A stretch of DNA of 64,000 bases, from NCBI RefSeq assembly GCF_009914755.1, contig NC_060937.1; one strand, given 5' to 3'. Both the position numbers and the translations under genes were made by a program. This DNA is from the human T2T-CHM13v2.0 reference genome, Homo sapiens. Of this stretch, positions 14,170 through 28,150 are shown piece after piece. The notes beneath the pieces were generated by a model that was given only the letters and a program-made list of their open reading frames with translations, did no database searches and was not told the origin of the DNA. Each line of letters starts with the position of its first letter. Positions within the stretch are counted from its first letter, which is position 1.

Positions 14170-15440
14170 TATCAATGGATTTTTTTCAACACATTAAAGA
14201 TATCATTCTGACTTCCTACGTTGTATTTGATATGCATCTGATATGTTCCTTTGTTACTTGAGGTTACATTTTAAACTGTTTTCCCTAGCTGCTGCTGGAG
14301 AAAAGATTTTCTCTTTGTATTGTGTTCCTCAATTTTAAGTGGAAACTTTGCTAACACTTTATTTTTGCCTTAAGATTGTGTTTTCCCCTGTGGTTAATTC
14401 ATTTTGTCTTTTGTAAAACTTTTTAGCTATGTTTTTACCAATTTCTTACATATCTTCTCTTTCTGCTTTCTCCCTGTGTGTGGATGCTCACTCAAAATGT
14501 ATTGAGCTTTGTCTTCTTCATGTTAACATTTATTTCACATCTTCTGCAAATTCAGATATCTTATATTTTATTCTAAAATTTGAACTATTTTGTAGTAATT
14601 TAATTCTGTATTCAGTAATAACAAATATGCTTTTATATTCATTCAATTACTTTTTTATTTATATTTTTCTTTTGTAATTAAGAAAATTTATTTTTTCACA
14701 AGTTAACTAATCATGATCCATTTTTTAATTGAAGAAATTTTAAAGTTTTCTTTTTATTTATTTATTCAAATTAAACATAGATATTTTATATTCTTTTTTG
14801 GAGTTTTTAAATTTCCTTATCTATTGTCTGTTACTTCATGTCTTTTTTTTTTGGTTCTCATCCTGAGTGAGCTGCTTCCTTATGTTTTTATTACCTTTAT
14901 TGATTATTATAAAAATATTTGGAGAATTTTATGAGCCCTGGAAGGAAGGTGGATTCCACCAGAGATGATTTGCATTTGCTTCTAACAGATACTAGAGGCT
15001 CTGCCAGTCCAGAAACATTTCAACTACAAATTACAGTATGATCATCTTCAACATAAAAGTTGGCTGAGAAAATTACATTATCTTGACTTAGTGGTTGCAC
15101 CTTTTAGCGATCTTTTCCCTCACTTGCCTTCCCTGCTCAATGTCAAGCAGTTGTTCTTGCTCCAGTGTGGAATTAAAAGGCCCAGGTTTCCCAGTAGCTC
15201 ACTCTTCCATGTAAGCTTTGTTTCCCCAGCATTTTTAGACACCCTTTTTTGAGTGAACTGTTAGCTTCTCACTGTCTATTGTATACCAAGAGGTCATGAA
15301 ATACTAAGCATGATTTCACCAAGATAAACAAACATTCTCAAGCAAAAGCAACTTACCACTCATTTTATCAACTTTTTTTGTATCTTAGTTATATTTTGTT
15401 CATAATATTTTTAAAGTTTTTAGAAATATGTTTCATCATG
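14170..15440 (-). mobile_element. Ancient L1ME/HAL1 ORF1 and 5' UTR remnant
   Basis: aacacattaaagatatcattctgacttcc..., ctagctgctgc...aagattttctctttg and ccagagatgatttgcatttgcttct are typical of antisense old-L1 5' ends. Confidence 0.55.
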
Positions 15441-15829
15441 TTTTCCGTGCATTTTCATATGCTGATATATACCTACTATGATATATTGCAAGACATGGAA
15501 CACATGTATATTTTATCATTACTGTTTTTTTTTCAGCGAATTTATTTGACCGATACTTTATAAAACATGTGGCTCTTAATCTTATTGTACATGGCTGTGT
15601 TACTTAGGTTTATCTAACTTTTTCAAATATGCACACCAAGCTAATACTTCTACAGCAGTGATTTGACTATTATAGCACATACAAAGTTGTTTTAAGATAA
15701 AAACTCTGCTTTATCTGTCTCAAAATAATGGCTGTGTTTAACTTCCAAGAATAAATAATCAATGTATCCAAGAATAGCTATCCTGTGATCTGCTTGTCTG
15801 GTTTTCAGTGTTTCTCTTTTGCATTAATT

Positions 15830-15874
15830 TGTGTGTGTGTGTGTTTGTGTGTATGTGTGTGTGTGTGTGTGTGT
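15830..15874. repeat. (TG)n microsatellite, imperfect
   Basis: Direct run. Confidence 0.95.
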
Positions 15875-17284
15875 TCATTTGTTGTTTGTTTATAAATGTT
15901 TCCCTTAGTTTTCACAGTACTATATTTTAAAAGTGTCCATCTCTTCATCATGTACTCAACTGGAGCATTATTTTAAATTTTATGAGAAGGCGGCAGGATT
16001 TTGCAGAAGGCACAAGTATATCACATGATTTTGTAAACCTATTGGCAAGGGCTGGAGGCAAGTATAGTTTAACAAGTGATTTTGAGAAAAACAAATGATG
16101 GCATTGCAAGAGTAAAAAATAATTTACAAGTCATGAAGATTTACTGCACACAACTTGGAGTAAACTTAAATCAAACTTTAACACATTAAAATAATTTCCC
16201 AAATTATAAGCACTTTGTTGGAAGAAAGTTAAAATTTCCTGAAATGATATGAAAGTTGTTTGTTTTAATGTGCTTAATTTGAAAAAATGAATGCCCTAAC
16301 AAATTTACCAAATGTGTAGATATTAAATCCAAAAAATAAGGGAAAATGGTTTATTCAGAGTGCTATTGTATTTACTAAAACTTCGTCTCACGTTTTGCTC
16401 TTTTATTTTTGGGAGGGCATGTAATTTCTTTTTCTGCATCTGGTTATCCTACACAAATAAGAAAGCTAAAATCAAAATCAAAATACTTTAATAAATATAT
16501 GAAGTATCCCCTTTTTGTTTCACATTTAAGCCAGGGCAGACCTAAATGATATATCTTTGCTTATGGTAAAGAAAGAGTAGCAGCTATAACTTAATTAGCT
16601 TGCCCTTCTAACTAGCAGTCTGAAGTAGGGCACCACTAATTAATGTAGTATTCTTCCAGAGGGCTAAGTAGAATTGTTCTAACATATTTAAATTTAACTG
16701 GAAAGGATATGCCATGAACTCTAGAATTTTGAGAGGCTCAAATTTTCAAAGTTAGCATCTTTTCTGAACATTCTAAATATATGTAAATGCAGATTTCCTA
16801 GTTTACATAATACTCTATTTCCTTAATAACTCAATTGTCTTCTTCAATGAATGAAATACATTCTCATTTACTGTAACTATTATACTATTTGCAACATTTT
16901 AATATATGTAAATATATTAAAATTGGTTAGTATAGACTAAAATATGTTGTATTAACATATATAAATCTGTTAAGTAAACAAATTATAGTTCATCAAGGTA
17001 AATCCTAACTAAAATTATATCTTAAAATGAATAGAGAAAATGCTAAAATATATTCTAGGTATTATTTCTTAAGAAGAAACTTTATTTCTCTATATTCTAT
17101 ATTTAAACATCTAACAGAAAAAGAAATAATTTAAGATCTATTAAACCATATACTCATTAGTGCCTGAAATCACAATGCCTGAAATCTCATCACAATGTGA
17201 TGTATATAGTAAGTACAAAATGAACTTTACATGTTCATAAGCCATATCTAGTCTTAATCAGACATCTAATATTATGCAAGACTA

Positions 17285-17350
17285 TTAAACAAATTCCTGG
17301 CGCACAGAAACAATTTCATTAATGTCTGTTGAATGAATAAATATGAATAA
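17285..17350 (+). mobile_element. L2 3' tail
   Basis: cctggcgcacagaaacaatttcattaatgtctgttgaatgaataaat. Confidence 0.6.
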
Positions 17351-17469
17351 TAAATGTTATTTATAGCAGGCTTACCGGGAATGTGTGTGTGTGTGTATGT
17401 ATACACACATATTCATACATAACACATTTTGTCATTCATAGATTATATGAACATCTATCTATTGGCTAA

Positions 17470-17702
17470 TTTTAATATTTGTTATTGAAACACAATATTT
17501 GTACATATTTATGGAGTACATGTGATATTATGATACATGTATATAATGTGTAATGATCAAATCAAAATGAAATCGTTTGGAACATTTATTGTTTCTTTGT
17601 GTTGGGAACATTACAAATTTTCTTTACTAGCCATATTGAAATGTACAAAACACTGTTGTTATATATAGTCATGATACTATACTATCAAACACTAGAACTT
17701 AT
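17470..17702 (-). mobile_element. L1MA (about L1MA4-7) 3' end fragment
   Basis: ttgtacatattttatggagtacatgtgatattatgatacatgtatataatgtgtaatgatcaaatc; ctttgtgttgggaacatt. Confidence 0.8.
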
Positions 17703-18639
17703 AATAATTACATGAAGAGGAATGAAATATCTTTTGTCTAATGCTACATTTTGTTGTTTTTATTAATGAATTTGCTCCTGATATTAAATTAAAGTTTATA
17801 GTTAAAACAATTATGATTATATGTGAATAAGTAACATTTCTTACAAAATTCAGATAATTTTATTTCATTGCTCTTCTTAACCCATCAAAGATGTCTGGCA
17901 AAGCATTATAAAAAATCCATTACTAAGCTCTCAAAAACCCAGATCAACATTTGGGAATGTGTATATTATATCTTCCATTTTTAGGACAGTGCACAGAGTC
18001 CATGTTGTCCAGATTTTAACAAAGAATAATTGAAAAACTAAAAGAAAGTTCTGAAAAGTGAGCAGGTTTTTATTAAATGTCAGCATAATTTTAAAGTTCT
18101 AGCTTTATTATGTTGATAAAAATATTTATATTTCTCTACTTATTCAAGAACATCGTTAATAATAAGTTTCTCAGACTGATGAGGATGGGAATAAGCTTTT
18201 AATGAGTAAGGAGTACAGACTTTGTAAAACTATTCTGTGTGGAGTTGCAGTAAACTGAATAACATAAACCACATTTTCCCACAATCAAAATGTAATCATA
18301 TATTGGTTATATGACCTATTATATATCCATTACAGTATTATTTTTAAAAGTATTGGATGAATTTTATGTATAATACAAGTACTTGCATGCTTTTTGAAAT
18401 ACAAGTCCTTGCATACCTTTTGAAATATCTGAATTTATCAAACAATAAAATGCCCACTCTCATAACTGAATAATAATTTAAGGTGATATAATAAAATACT
18501 TTATGGTTGTTTTATTTATTTTTTCCCAAATGTCCAATATTTGATTGAAAAAGATTGATTTTATAGACCAAAAATAATATTAGAACTCACTCTTCAGTGA
18601 TATGAAGAATATAAACACAAGAAAGTATGGAGGTAATTT

Positions 18640-19093
18640 GGGGAGACAAGAATTCTGGAAGTAAATAAGTGGAGAGTTCAGTGAAGAGGCTGTTTACATA
18701 GTGGTGATCTGGATTAAGGCAAACGAAAAAGGGATAACTCCCTAGGACGAATCTCCCAGTAGGGAGTTACGACTACCCCTAGACCTGAAGAGAACCGTAC
18801 CAGAACCCGAAGTGACTTGTAGTTATTCTAGCCAGCAGATGAGGTGTCTGTTTATTAGAAAAACACAACCGCTGTATCAGGAGAGATACATTCAGTTTGT
18901 GTAGGACAATGGCTGATTCCTATTGAAGACTACGTTGCCTCATCATCGTCTTCTGCTGGTATTTCTTTGTGGTGGAGCCCAGTTGAAAACCAGAGATCAA
19001 ATTAGGCACTTTAAATAATCCATAAAGGTCTTGGAGCATAGCGCACTGTGGGGAAGGTTAGAATTTGGGGACGATGGAGAATATTCTGACACA
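18640..19093 (-). mobile_element. LTR33-family (ERVL) LTR
   Basis: ctaccctagacctgaag, aaaaccagagatcaa and terminal atggagaatattctgacaca match antisense LTR33 landmarks. Confidence 0.65.
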
Positions 19094-19707
19094 ACCTGGC
19101 ACCACCTGATTACTTTTAACGTATTTACATTCTGTTCACCTTCAAATGTGAAAATCAAACATAAGTAGATATCAGTTGTTATGGTATGAACCTTATTGCT
19201 TCATATAGAATACAGATTTACTTTTGAACATACTTAGTTTGTCTTTATAGCATCTGGGCTTGGACTGTCTACTCTGATTTCCATAATCCTTCAAGAAATT
19301 CAATTGGCAAGTCTTTTTGAAAAAAACAAAAGTTGTTCTTTCTGGTTCTATGTCCCCTATTGAATAGATAAATTGTTTATATTGGTACATTCTAGATACT
19401 AAAAACAAGAAAATAGAAACCATAGATGCCAAATAATTTTTTTCTTCTTTGCTAGGTGAAATAATAAAGTATGACCATGTGTTGATATGTAACAAGTTCT
19501 AGGGTTTATAAAACATTTCACACAACTGATTGAAAAATGTTAATTCAGAAAAATATTGGTTGAATTTAGCAAAATAATTCATATTATTGATGGCTTTTGA
19601 AAAAAATTAATAAATAAAAAAAGAAAAAGTCATTACATCACAGAGGCATCTACGTGGCAAAGCAAATAATTCAAAGAATGGTTGCTAGTACAAGAAGATC
19701 CACATCA

Positions 19708-19805
19708 CCAGCATTTTGGGAGGCCAAGGGGGGCAGATCACTTGAGGTCAGGAGTTCGAGACCAGCATGGCCAACATGATGAAACCAAGTCTCTACTAAA
19801 AATGC
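19708..19805 (+). mobile_element. Internal AluS left-arm fragment (no 5' end, right arm or tail) within an old L1M 3' fragment
   Basis: ccagcattttgggaggccaagg...gaggtcaggagttcgagaccagcatggccaacatg...ctctactaaaaatgc. Confidence 0.92.
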
Positions 19806-21439
19806 TTCAAAAGAAAGCAAGGGCAAAATTATCAGTAATGTCAGGATGATGATAAACTTGGTAGAACAAAAGCATGTTTTGATAGAATAGGTTATGTAAG
19901 GTGTTTCTAAAGTGTTACTATTCTTGACACATATATGTTTTACAGCCTCTTAAATGTAATCAAGGTATTGCTCAAAATAAAAATGAGATTAAAAGGTGAT
20001 AAAATGTGAGACAAAATGTTATTGTCAAATAGCTAGAAGATGAGGATTTATTTTGTATTGCTCCAGATGGCAAGTATAACCACTGGGTGAAATTTAGAAG
20101 GAATCAATGTTTTCTTTTAGAAGTAGGGATTTTATGACAATCAAAGTCTCTGTCTGCTGGGAGCATTTCACAGCAACTGCACCATATCACTTTTCTTTAA
20201 AAGCTCCAGTTTGCAAACACATCCACACATCCCAGAGCGTCTGGCCTGGACTACTGAAGAAACCTACCTGGTCTTGCTGCCACTATTCTTGCACATCTGA
20301 TAGTCTTTTCTCCATTCAGCTCTTTAAGGAATTTTTTTTTACATTAGGCCCTATATCCACTGCTAACTGAATTAATGTTACTTTTGCAAACATAACTTTT
20401 AAATTTCTTACTATTGCCTAAAAAATTCACAAATAATTACTCTCTCCAGAGGGAGAAGAAAAGATAGATAAAAAAGGAAAAAGAGGACAAGAAGATAAAA
20501 AATTGAATGGGTAGGGAGAGTTGGAGAGAAAAGAGGACTCACAAGAAGATTTGTACCTTAATGAAATTTTAAGATATTATATTATGAGCATTATGTTTAT
20601 AAGCAGAGAAATTGTATTGGTTTTTATTTTTACTTATTCCTGATTCCTAAGATCTTCAGGCCTTTTCAACGAACATGATTTCTATAGATTATGGTGCTGG
20701 ATACCAAGGTTTGAATTTGAAACTAGTGGGAACATTTTTTTTTATGGCAGGCCTGAATATCCTTGGCCTGGTCTGTTCCCATTTGGCTTCTGCAGACCAA
20801 GTCTGCACAATGGAGGCATTCTAAGTACCTATTTCTAACTCTATTTCTAATACTATATCCAGCCCACCTCATTCTTCTGTTTTTATCATCAATAATTTTT
20901 TACTTGACTTTTATTTTTATGTCTTTAATGATGTAATTATATCTGTACAAATTATTGAAAATTCACCAAAAGTCTTGTTTGGATGTAGCTTGGTATTCAT
21001 TAGTGTTCGTATTTTCAAATAACTTGATAAATGAAGGGCACAGCAAGAAGAGTGACAGTTGAAAATAAGGATGTAAAAGCATATGGGGTATTTTCCTTGA
21101 GAATTGGGGCTATATTTGTATAAACACACTATGGACACCTATAAGAGTTAATTGAGTTTTGCTACACAGAACATCTCAGGGAAGCTGAATCAACATTTTC
21201 AGAGCTCTGTGGGTACATTAATTGAAATTTTCACAGATTTTATTAATGGACCAATAACGCAAAATAACCTGATGGATTTTTTTTTCCCAATGTCTAAGTC
21301 ATTTCTATGGAAATATGTAAGCTCCTTTAAGGTGGGAACCAATTCTAATTCATCCTATCTGCTCTAAAATCTAGCACATTCATCTAGAATCATTTAATTT
21401 AGTATTCTAAGAATTATCATTATTAGCAAGAATGCAAAT

Positions 21440-21600
21440 AAATCAGGTTAACTAATCTCTACAATGTGCCAAACATATGATTTGCATGCTTTAATTAATT
21501 TAACATTCATAGCAACCTTATTAAGTAGGTACTGTTAGTAATCCAATTATACAAAGTATGTTATGTAACATGCTTAAGTCACATAGTTAAAAAAGTCAGT
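21440..21600 (-). mobile_element. MIR SINE
   Basis: cattcatagcaaccttattaagtaggtactgttagtaatccaatt...gtaacatgcttaagtcacatagtta. Confidence 0.65.
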
Positions 21601-22524
21601 AAATTGCGTGCTTGCACATTAAATTGTAAAAAGAAAAAAAGAGAACTCTTTGTAATGTGAATTTCCAAAAGAGAGTCAGAAGCATTTTTGAACAATACTG
21701 AGTTGACTGAGCAAAAAATGGGAAAGGATGAGCTATCATTATCCCTTCATTAAACTAGGTCTATGGGACCTTGGCCAAAGTCAGCATAATGAGGTAGTAA
21801 TAAAGAAAAGTTATTCTGACCTTTTTCTTTGTTATACTTTGTTCTGAAAGTTTGATATTATCCTTTCTGTAGGAGCATGTTTATAATTGAATAGTTTTTT
21901 TTTTTTCAAAACTAATGAAAGTAATTCTTTTTTGCTGTATTTGTATGATGAACTATAATTTTATTTATCTTAAATGCTCCATCAGGTATATTGATTTCCT
22001 CAGTATATAAGAGAACACAGAAACTAATGAGATTTCCAAAGAAATATGACAATGTTAGAAATGAGATGGCAATTAATGCTCAGCCAGAAAATGTTTATCA
22101 TCTTGAAAATATTAGAAACTATGATGCATTTTTGGAAAAAGTCAATGTTGAAAAATAAAATATTAGTTTGACATCACTTCATATGTAAGTTATCAAAAAC
22201 AATTTGTATAATTACTGAATTACATATTAAATATTGGAAAATACTATTTAGCAATAACTAGCAAAAAATCAAAAACAGAGATTTTTGTTGGTGTTTTGTT
22301 TCATTTTGTTTTGTTTTCTTCAAATTAACTTCTCCAACTTTTGGGTCATGTCTTTTTTCTTATGTAACACAGAAAAAAAAGTCTATTCTTAGGTATTACA
22401 ACAATTATGCATTTGTATTCATCTTATCACAAACAACTACTTAATTAAACTTACCTTAGTTACTTTTGTTTAGGAGCTCTAACCTAGCGAATTGGAAAAT
22501 ATACAGGACCTGTTAATAGTTACT

Positions 22525-22625
22525 GAGTTTCTAAGCCTTATTTCACATTAATCTTTTGGCCTTGGGCAAGTTATTTACTATATTTGGGTGTCACTTCCTT
22601 CACATATAAAATTCAGGAATAAGAT
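22525..22625 (+). mobile_element. MIR SINE fragment
   Basis: ggccttgggcaagttatttac...cacttccttcacatataaaattcaggaataa. Confidence 0.7.
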
Positions 22626-23544
22626 TTCAAACTTTGAATAAAATACTTTGTTATCAATCACACAAATTATCAGGAATCCATATTTTTTGGAAATGTGTTA
22701 ATCACTCACACACAGCATACACATACTCCCACAAATAGATCATAGTTGGTTTCATAATGCTTTAAGAGTAGACCTCTCTGGTATTGGTGACAGAGGCCTT
22801 AATAAGTCTCTGTGGCTTCATTATGTTCTCAATTAATGTCAATCACGTCATATCATTGGTCTTAGAGTGCAGATCCATTTGTTAGTTGTTTTATCAGGCC
22901 AGCTTCATTACAGGGCTTAGTTTTTTTCCAATACCAGATAAGCATTCAATTAACTAATATTTGTTCTTACTCTTTAGCTAAATATTGATATTAATTTGGA
23001 TTGCTTCAAGTTAAATTTTCGTTATTATGCTTTGACCCTTATGTTTGAAGTAAGGCCTTTTCAGTTTCACAACTGCAATATAAATTACCCTTAAGGAGTT
23101 ACTTTGTAGAATTTTACTTAATTTTAGGAATGATTTGGGGCAGACTTTAACATGCACAGGTATCTATTAGTAGTTTGGTTGCACAGACATAATTGTATCC
23201 TACTTATTTACTTGTTTATTCAAATATCCATGTATACACGCATTCTTATGTGTAGTTTGATAGTTGACATATTTCATATTTTTTATAACATCTTGGTAAT
23301 TGAAGTTTCATACAATTTTGAATCTATTCTATAGTTCCTCACCTCATTTTAGTAGTTTCTGTGAATTTAAATTTCAGAACTATAAAAGCAAGAAACATGT
23401 TGCATAAAAGTATAACAAATGAGATTCTGATGTATCTCTGAAAATGAAATGAAAATTAACAAAATTAACTTGAAGGATAAATGTCATCATGCTTTCCAAT
23501 GTGCTATATTGTTTTTTAAATATGTGAATGCAAATTATGTGTAA

Positions 23545-23740
23545 GGTTGGTCTTCCTGCTTTCATCACTGCTCCATTTTAGTCTCTTCTCAACACTGCAT
23601 TCTGAGTGATTTTACTAAAACCTTAATCTAGCTCATGTTCTCTTCTGTTTCAAATCCTCCAGTCACCTCCCATGTCATTTCTTTTTGCAAAGGTCTTCAA
23701 ATGATTCAACATTTGTCTTCTTACTCCACTTTGAACCTAG
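23545..23740 (+). mobile_element. L2 (L2a-like) fragment, left part of a copy split by the L1MA
   Basis: ggtcttcctgctttc...ttctcaacactgcattctgagtgattttactaaaac...tcaaatcctccagtcacctcccat. Confidence 0.7.
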
Positions 23741-23799
23741 TTTCTATTTTGTTAAAAAAAATTTTAAAAAATGCCTAGCTAGTTTCTGATATAAAGCAT

Positions 23800-26054
23800 T
23801 TTTTAAAATTTAATTTTTTTTTATTTTTGTCTGAGTACACAGTAGGTATACATATTTATGGGGTACATGAGATGCTTTGATACAGACATGCAATGTCAAA
23901 TAAGCACATCTTGGAAAATGGGGTATCCACCCCCTCAAGCATTTATTCTTTGAATTACAAACAACCCAAATACACTATATAAGTTATTTCAAAATATACA
24001 AGTAAGTTATTATTGACTATAGCCACCCTGTCTGGCAATTAAATAGTAGGTATTACTCATTCTGTTTTATTTGTACTTAATAATCATCCTTATCTCCCCG
24101 GCCCCCAACCTTGCCCACACTCCCCACTACGCTTCCCAGCCTCTGGTAACCATCCTTTTACTTTCTATCTCCAAGAGTTTAATTTTTTTTTTTTAATTTT
24201 TAGATCCCACAAATAAGTGAGAACGTGTGATGTTTGTCTTTCTGTTCCTGGTCTGTTTCACTTAACATAATGATCTCCAGTTCCATCCATGTTGTTGTAA
24301 ATGACTGATTCTCATTCTTTTTTATGGATGAATAGTACTCTATTGTGTATATGTACTACGTTTTCTTTATCCATTCATCTGTTGATGGACACTTAGGTTG
24401 CTTTCAAATCTTAGATATTGTAAATAGTGCTGCCACAAATGTAGGAATGCAGGTATCTCTTTGATATATATATTTTTTTCTTTTGGGTGTATACCCAGGA
24501 GTGGGATTGCTGGATCATATGGTAGTTCAATTTTTAGTTTTTTTGAGGAACCTCCAAACTGCTCTCCATAGTGGTTGTAATAATTTACATTCCCATCAAC
24601 CATCTACAAGGGCTCCATTTTTCCATATCATCACCAGTATTTGTTATAACCTGACTTTTTCATAAAAGCTGTTTAACTGGGGTGAGATGATATCTCATCA
24701 TAGTTTTGATTTGCATTTCTCTGATGATCAATGATGTTGAGAATCTTTTCATAGGCCCATTTGCCATTTGCTTGTCCTCTTTTGAGAAATGTCTATTCAA
24801 ATTTTTTGCCCATTTTTTTATTGGATTATTAGATATTTTTCCTATAGAGTTGTTTGAGCACCTTATACAGTCTTGTTATTAATTCCTTCTTAGATGGGTA
24901 GTTTGCAAATATTTTTTCCATTCTGTGGGTTGTCACTTCACTTTGTTGATTGTATCCTTTGCTGTGCAGAAGGTTTTTAACTTGATGTGATCTCATTTGT
25001 CTATTTTTGCTTTGTTTGCCTGCGCTTGTGGGGTATTGCTCAAGGAATTTTTGCCCAGACCAATATCCTAGAGATTTTCCCCAATGTTTCCTTGTAGTAG
25101 TTTCATAGTTTTAGATCTTAGTCTTTAATCCATTTTGATTTGTTTTTTCATATGACGAGAAATAGGGGTCTAGTTTTATTCCTCTGCATATAAATATCTG
25201 ATTTTCCCAGCACCATTTATTGAAGAGATTGTGTTTTTCCAGTGTATGTTCTTGGCACCTTTGTCGAAAATGAGTTCACAGTAGTTGTATGGATTTGTTC
25301 CTGAATTCCCTATTCTGTCCCACTGGTCTATGTGTCTGTTTTTATGCCAGCAGCATGCTGTTTGGTTACTATAGCTTTCTAGTATAATTTGAAGTCAGGT
25401 AATGTGATTCCTCCAGTTTTGTTCCTTTTTTTAGGACACCCTTGGCTATTCTGAGTTTTTTGTAGTTCTATATAAATTTTACAATGTTTTTATCCATTTC
25501 TATGAGGAATGGTATTTTGATAGGGATTGCATTGAATCTGTAGATTGATTTGGGTAGTATAGACATTTTAACATTACTGATTCTTCTAATCCATAAACAT
25601 AAAATATTTTTTCATTTTTGGTGTCCTCTTCAATTTCTCTCATCAGTATTTTATACTTTCCATTGTAGAGATCTTTCACTTATTTGTTAAGTTAATTCCT
25701 AGGTATTCAATTTTATGTGTGGCTATTTTAAATGGGATCACTTTTTAATTTCTTTTTCACATTGTTCACTGTTGGCATATAAAAATGCTACTGATTTTTG
25801 TCTGTCAATTTTGTATCATGAATTAACTGGAGTCATCAGTTTTAATAGTTTTCTTGTGGAGCCTTTAGGTTTTCACAAATATTAAAATATTATGATCTGC
25901 AAACAAGGATAATTTGACTTCTTCCTTTACAATTTGGACGCCCTTTATATCTTTCTCTTGTCTGATTGCTCTAGCTATGACTCATAGTACTATGCTGAAT
26001 AACAGTGATGTCAGTGGGCATCCTTTTCATGTTCCATATCTTATTGGAAAGGCT
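23800..26054 (-). mobile_element. L1MA1-3-like LINE-1, 5'-truncated (ORF2 C-terminal part plus 3' UTR)
   Basis: Antisense 3' UTR aataagcacatcttggaaaatggggtatccaccccctcaagcattta; [23 protein letters not shown]. Confidence 0.93.
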
Positions 26055-26270
26055 GGCATTTGTTCTTTCCTTTGTCTGGAATACTCTTTCCTTCAATTTG
26101 CTCATGGTTGACACCTTCATTTAATTCTACTGTTTGCTTCATTTTCAGCTTCTCAGTGAACAGTTTCTACACTCTAGATAACATCCCACTGACAGTGTAA
26201 CACTTCCTATAGCCTTTCTTACCTTATTATTTTATCATAGCAATTACTCCCTCCTAAGGTACTACATACA
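26055..26270 (+). mobile_element. L2 fragment, continuation after the L1MA
   Basis: gcatttgttctttcctttgtctggaatactctttcc...ttatttttatcatagcaattac. Confidence 0.7.
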
Positions 26271-26395
26271 AGATTTTGTGGATATGTGTTGTAGTTTTTT
26301 TTTTTCCACTTATTGCCTTAGATTCCTAATTATTGTATCTCATGTGAGATATGAAAAATACAAAGCAAAAATTAAACCATCTTACTTGTCACCAA

Positions 26396-26882
26396 TGTAG
26401 AAAAGGCAAAACTTTACCTCTACCCTCTTAGGGTCCCCAGCTGTTCCTGAAAATTAAATGGATGTGAGAGAGATTAACAAATTTAACTTGTATATGAAAT
26501 GGGGGCTCTTATGAAAAAATGAATACTCAAAGAAATGGAAAACCTCCAATTTTTTTGTACTAAATTGAATAAGACAGACAATTGTGGAAAAGTAACAAAT
26601 TATGTGGAGAGGTTAAAGGAAGATAATAATTATTTTAACAAGGTCTGCGTGTGCAGAATTATCTCACTATGACTCTCCAAAGAATATTTATTTTCTTTTG
26701 ATACACCAAGGGCATCATTCACAGGGGAGTTTTTATCTCCTTTTTTCAGAATGAAAGAGAGATTTAAATGCCCCTCTTGCATCTGCTGTTTTTCAAGTGT
26801 CTAGCTTAAAACAATCTTTATTTTAGTATAAGGACTCCATTTTAGTGCAGCATATTTCGGAGCCATATTCTGCCATCTTTCA
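26396..26882 (-). mobile_element. MER67-family ERV1 solo LTR
   Basis: TG...CA ends; ctctaccctcttaggg, ttaacaaggtctg, cttgcatctgctgtttttcaagtg and gcatatttcggagccatattctg match antisense MER67. Confidence 0.75.
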
Positions 26883-28150
26883 CTAGTTATGGAAAACCAA
26901 AATATGTGAAAATATATTTGCATTCTTTATCAAATACTTATATAGCACAGTCTTTTATATGGCACATATTTTTCTCTTTGAACACTCATTCATTCATTCA
27001 TTCATTCATTGTGTTTATGTGTGCCAACTTGACAAAGTTAGAACTCTTTTCCTAAATCTTTTCTCAATTGGAGAAGATATTAGTATTTCGTGAAACAAAG
27101 CAATCGTGTAAATACTTTTGTATGTTCACAGGGAAATTTTGCTTTACTATTTTTTTTACATTGAAAGTAAGTTTTTATTTAATAATTTAGACAAGATGCA
27201 AATTAGTATTTACTTAAGCAAGAGTTTACTTAACCTGCCTTTCATATTAAAAATGGTTGCCAAAGTCAATCTTTTAATCTTCAAAATTTTAAAATTTTAC
27301 ATACTCTGGTGAAAAGAAAATCAATACATTAAAATTTTTTTCTTTCAACAATGTTGTTTTTGGAGTATTTGTAATTGTTTTACACAATTTCATGTTCTTT
27401 AAAGAAATAGGTTAGGTGAGACATACATTTTAAATTAGTAAGTCAAATTAGAATCTCTTGATTATACTATTTTCTTTCTACCATAAGTTGCAGCCACTTA
27501 CAATTAAAATATATGTTTTTTCAATACATTACAAAATTAAAGAAAATAGAAAGCACCTATTTCTCAGGCAACTAAATATCCTATTTACTTTAACTGTAAT
27601 TTTCTAAAATACAAAACTTCTCATACTGGGAATCACAGTTGCATAGATATCTGCAAAAATTTAATTTTGTATTTTAATTTTAGTATTTTTTAAAAATAGA
27701 AATTATAATTATTTTAAAAGAGAAATGTAATTATTGAATAAACTATTGAGTCATTCTCTCTTTAAGACAAATTATTATTGGGAATTTTTCTAGTAACCTT
27801 GAGATCTTTAGTAGAACATTTAAGTCAATTAAAAATACTCGTCTGAAAGTATTTATATTTTTCATAAAAGTAAGGAAGGCTATATTCATTTTTTATGTAA
27901 ATAATTATTCAGCTCAGCGTTTAGATTCTGATCATGGCAAGATATTGTGAAAAGGCATGGATAATTTTGTATGACAAAATTGGCTTTATACCACTCCTTT
28001 TGAACAGCGAAACTTTCAAATTGTGTTAAAGGGCTGATTATTCCTTGGATATTCTGAATGGTTCTAAACAATGAAGGGAAAAACACATATTTTGATTTCA
28101 GTTACACCTCTAACTAAATATGACTACAGCTCTGTTTTTCATAGCTATAT

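Noticed and set aside
14429-15563. Hydrophobic F/L/I-rich ORFs resembling membrane peptides (also 33901-34194 and 62329-62628)
   Set aside because: Expected by-product of T-rich strands of decayed L1 and L2 sequence.
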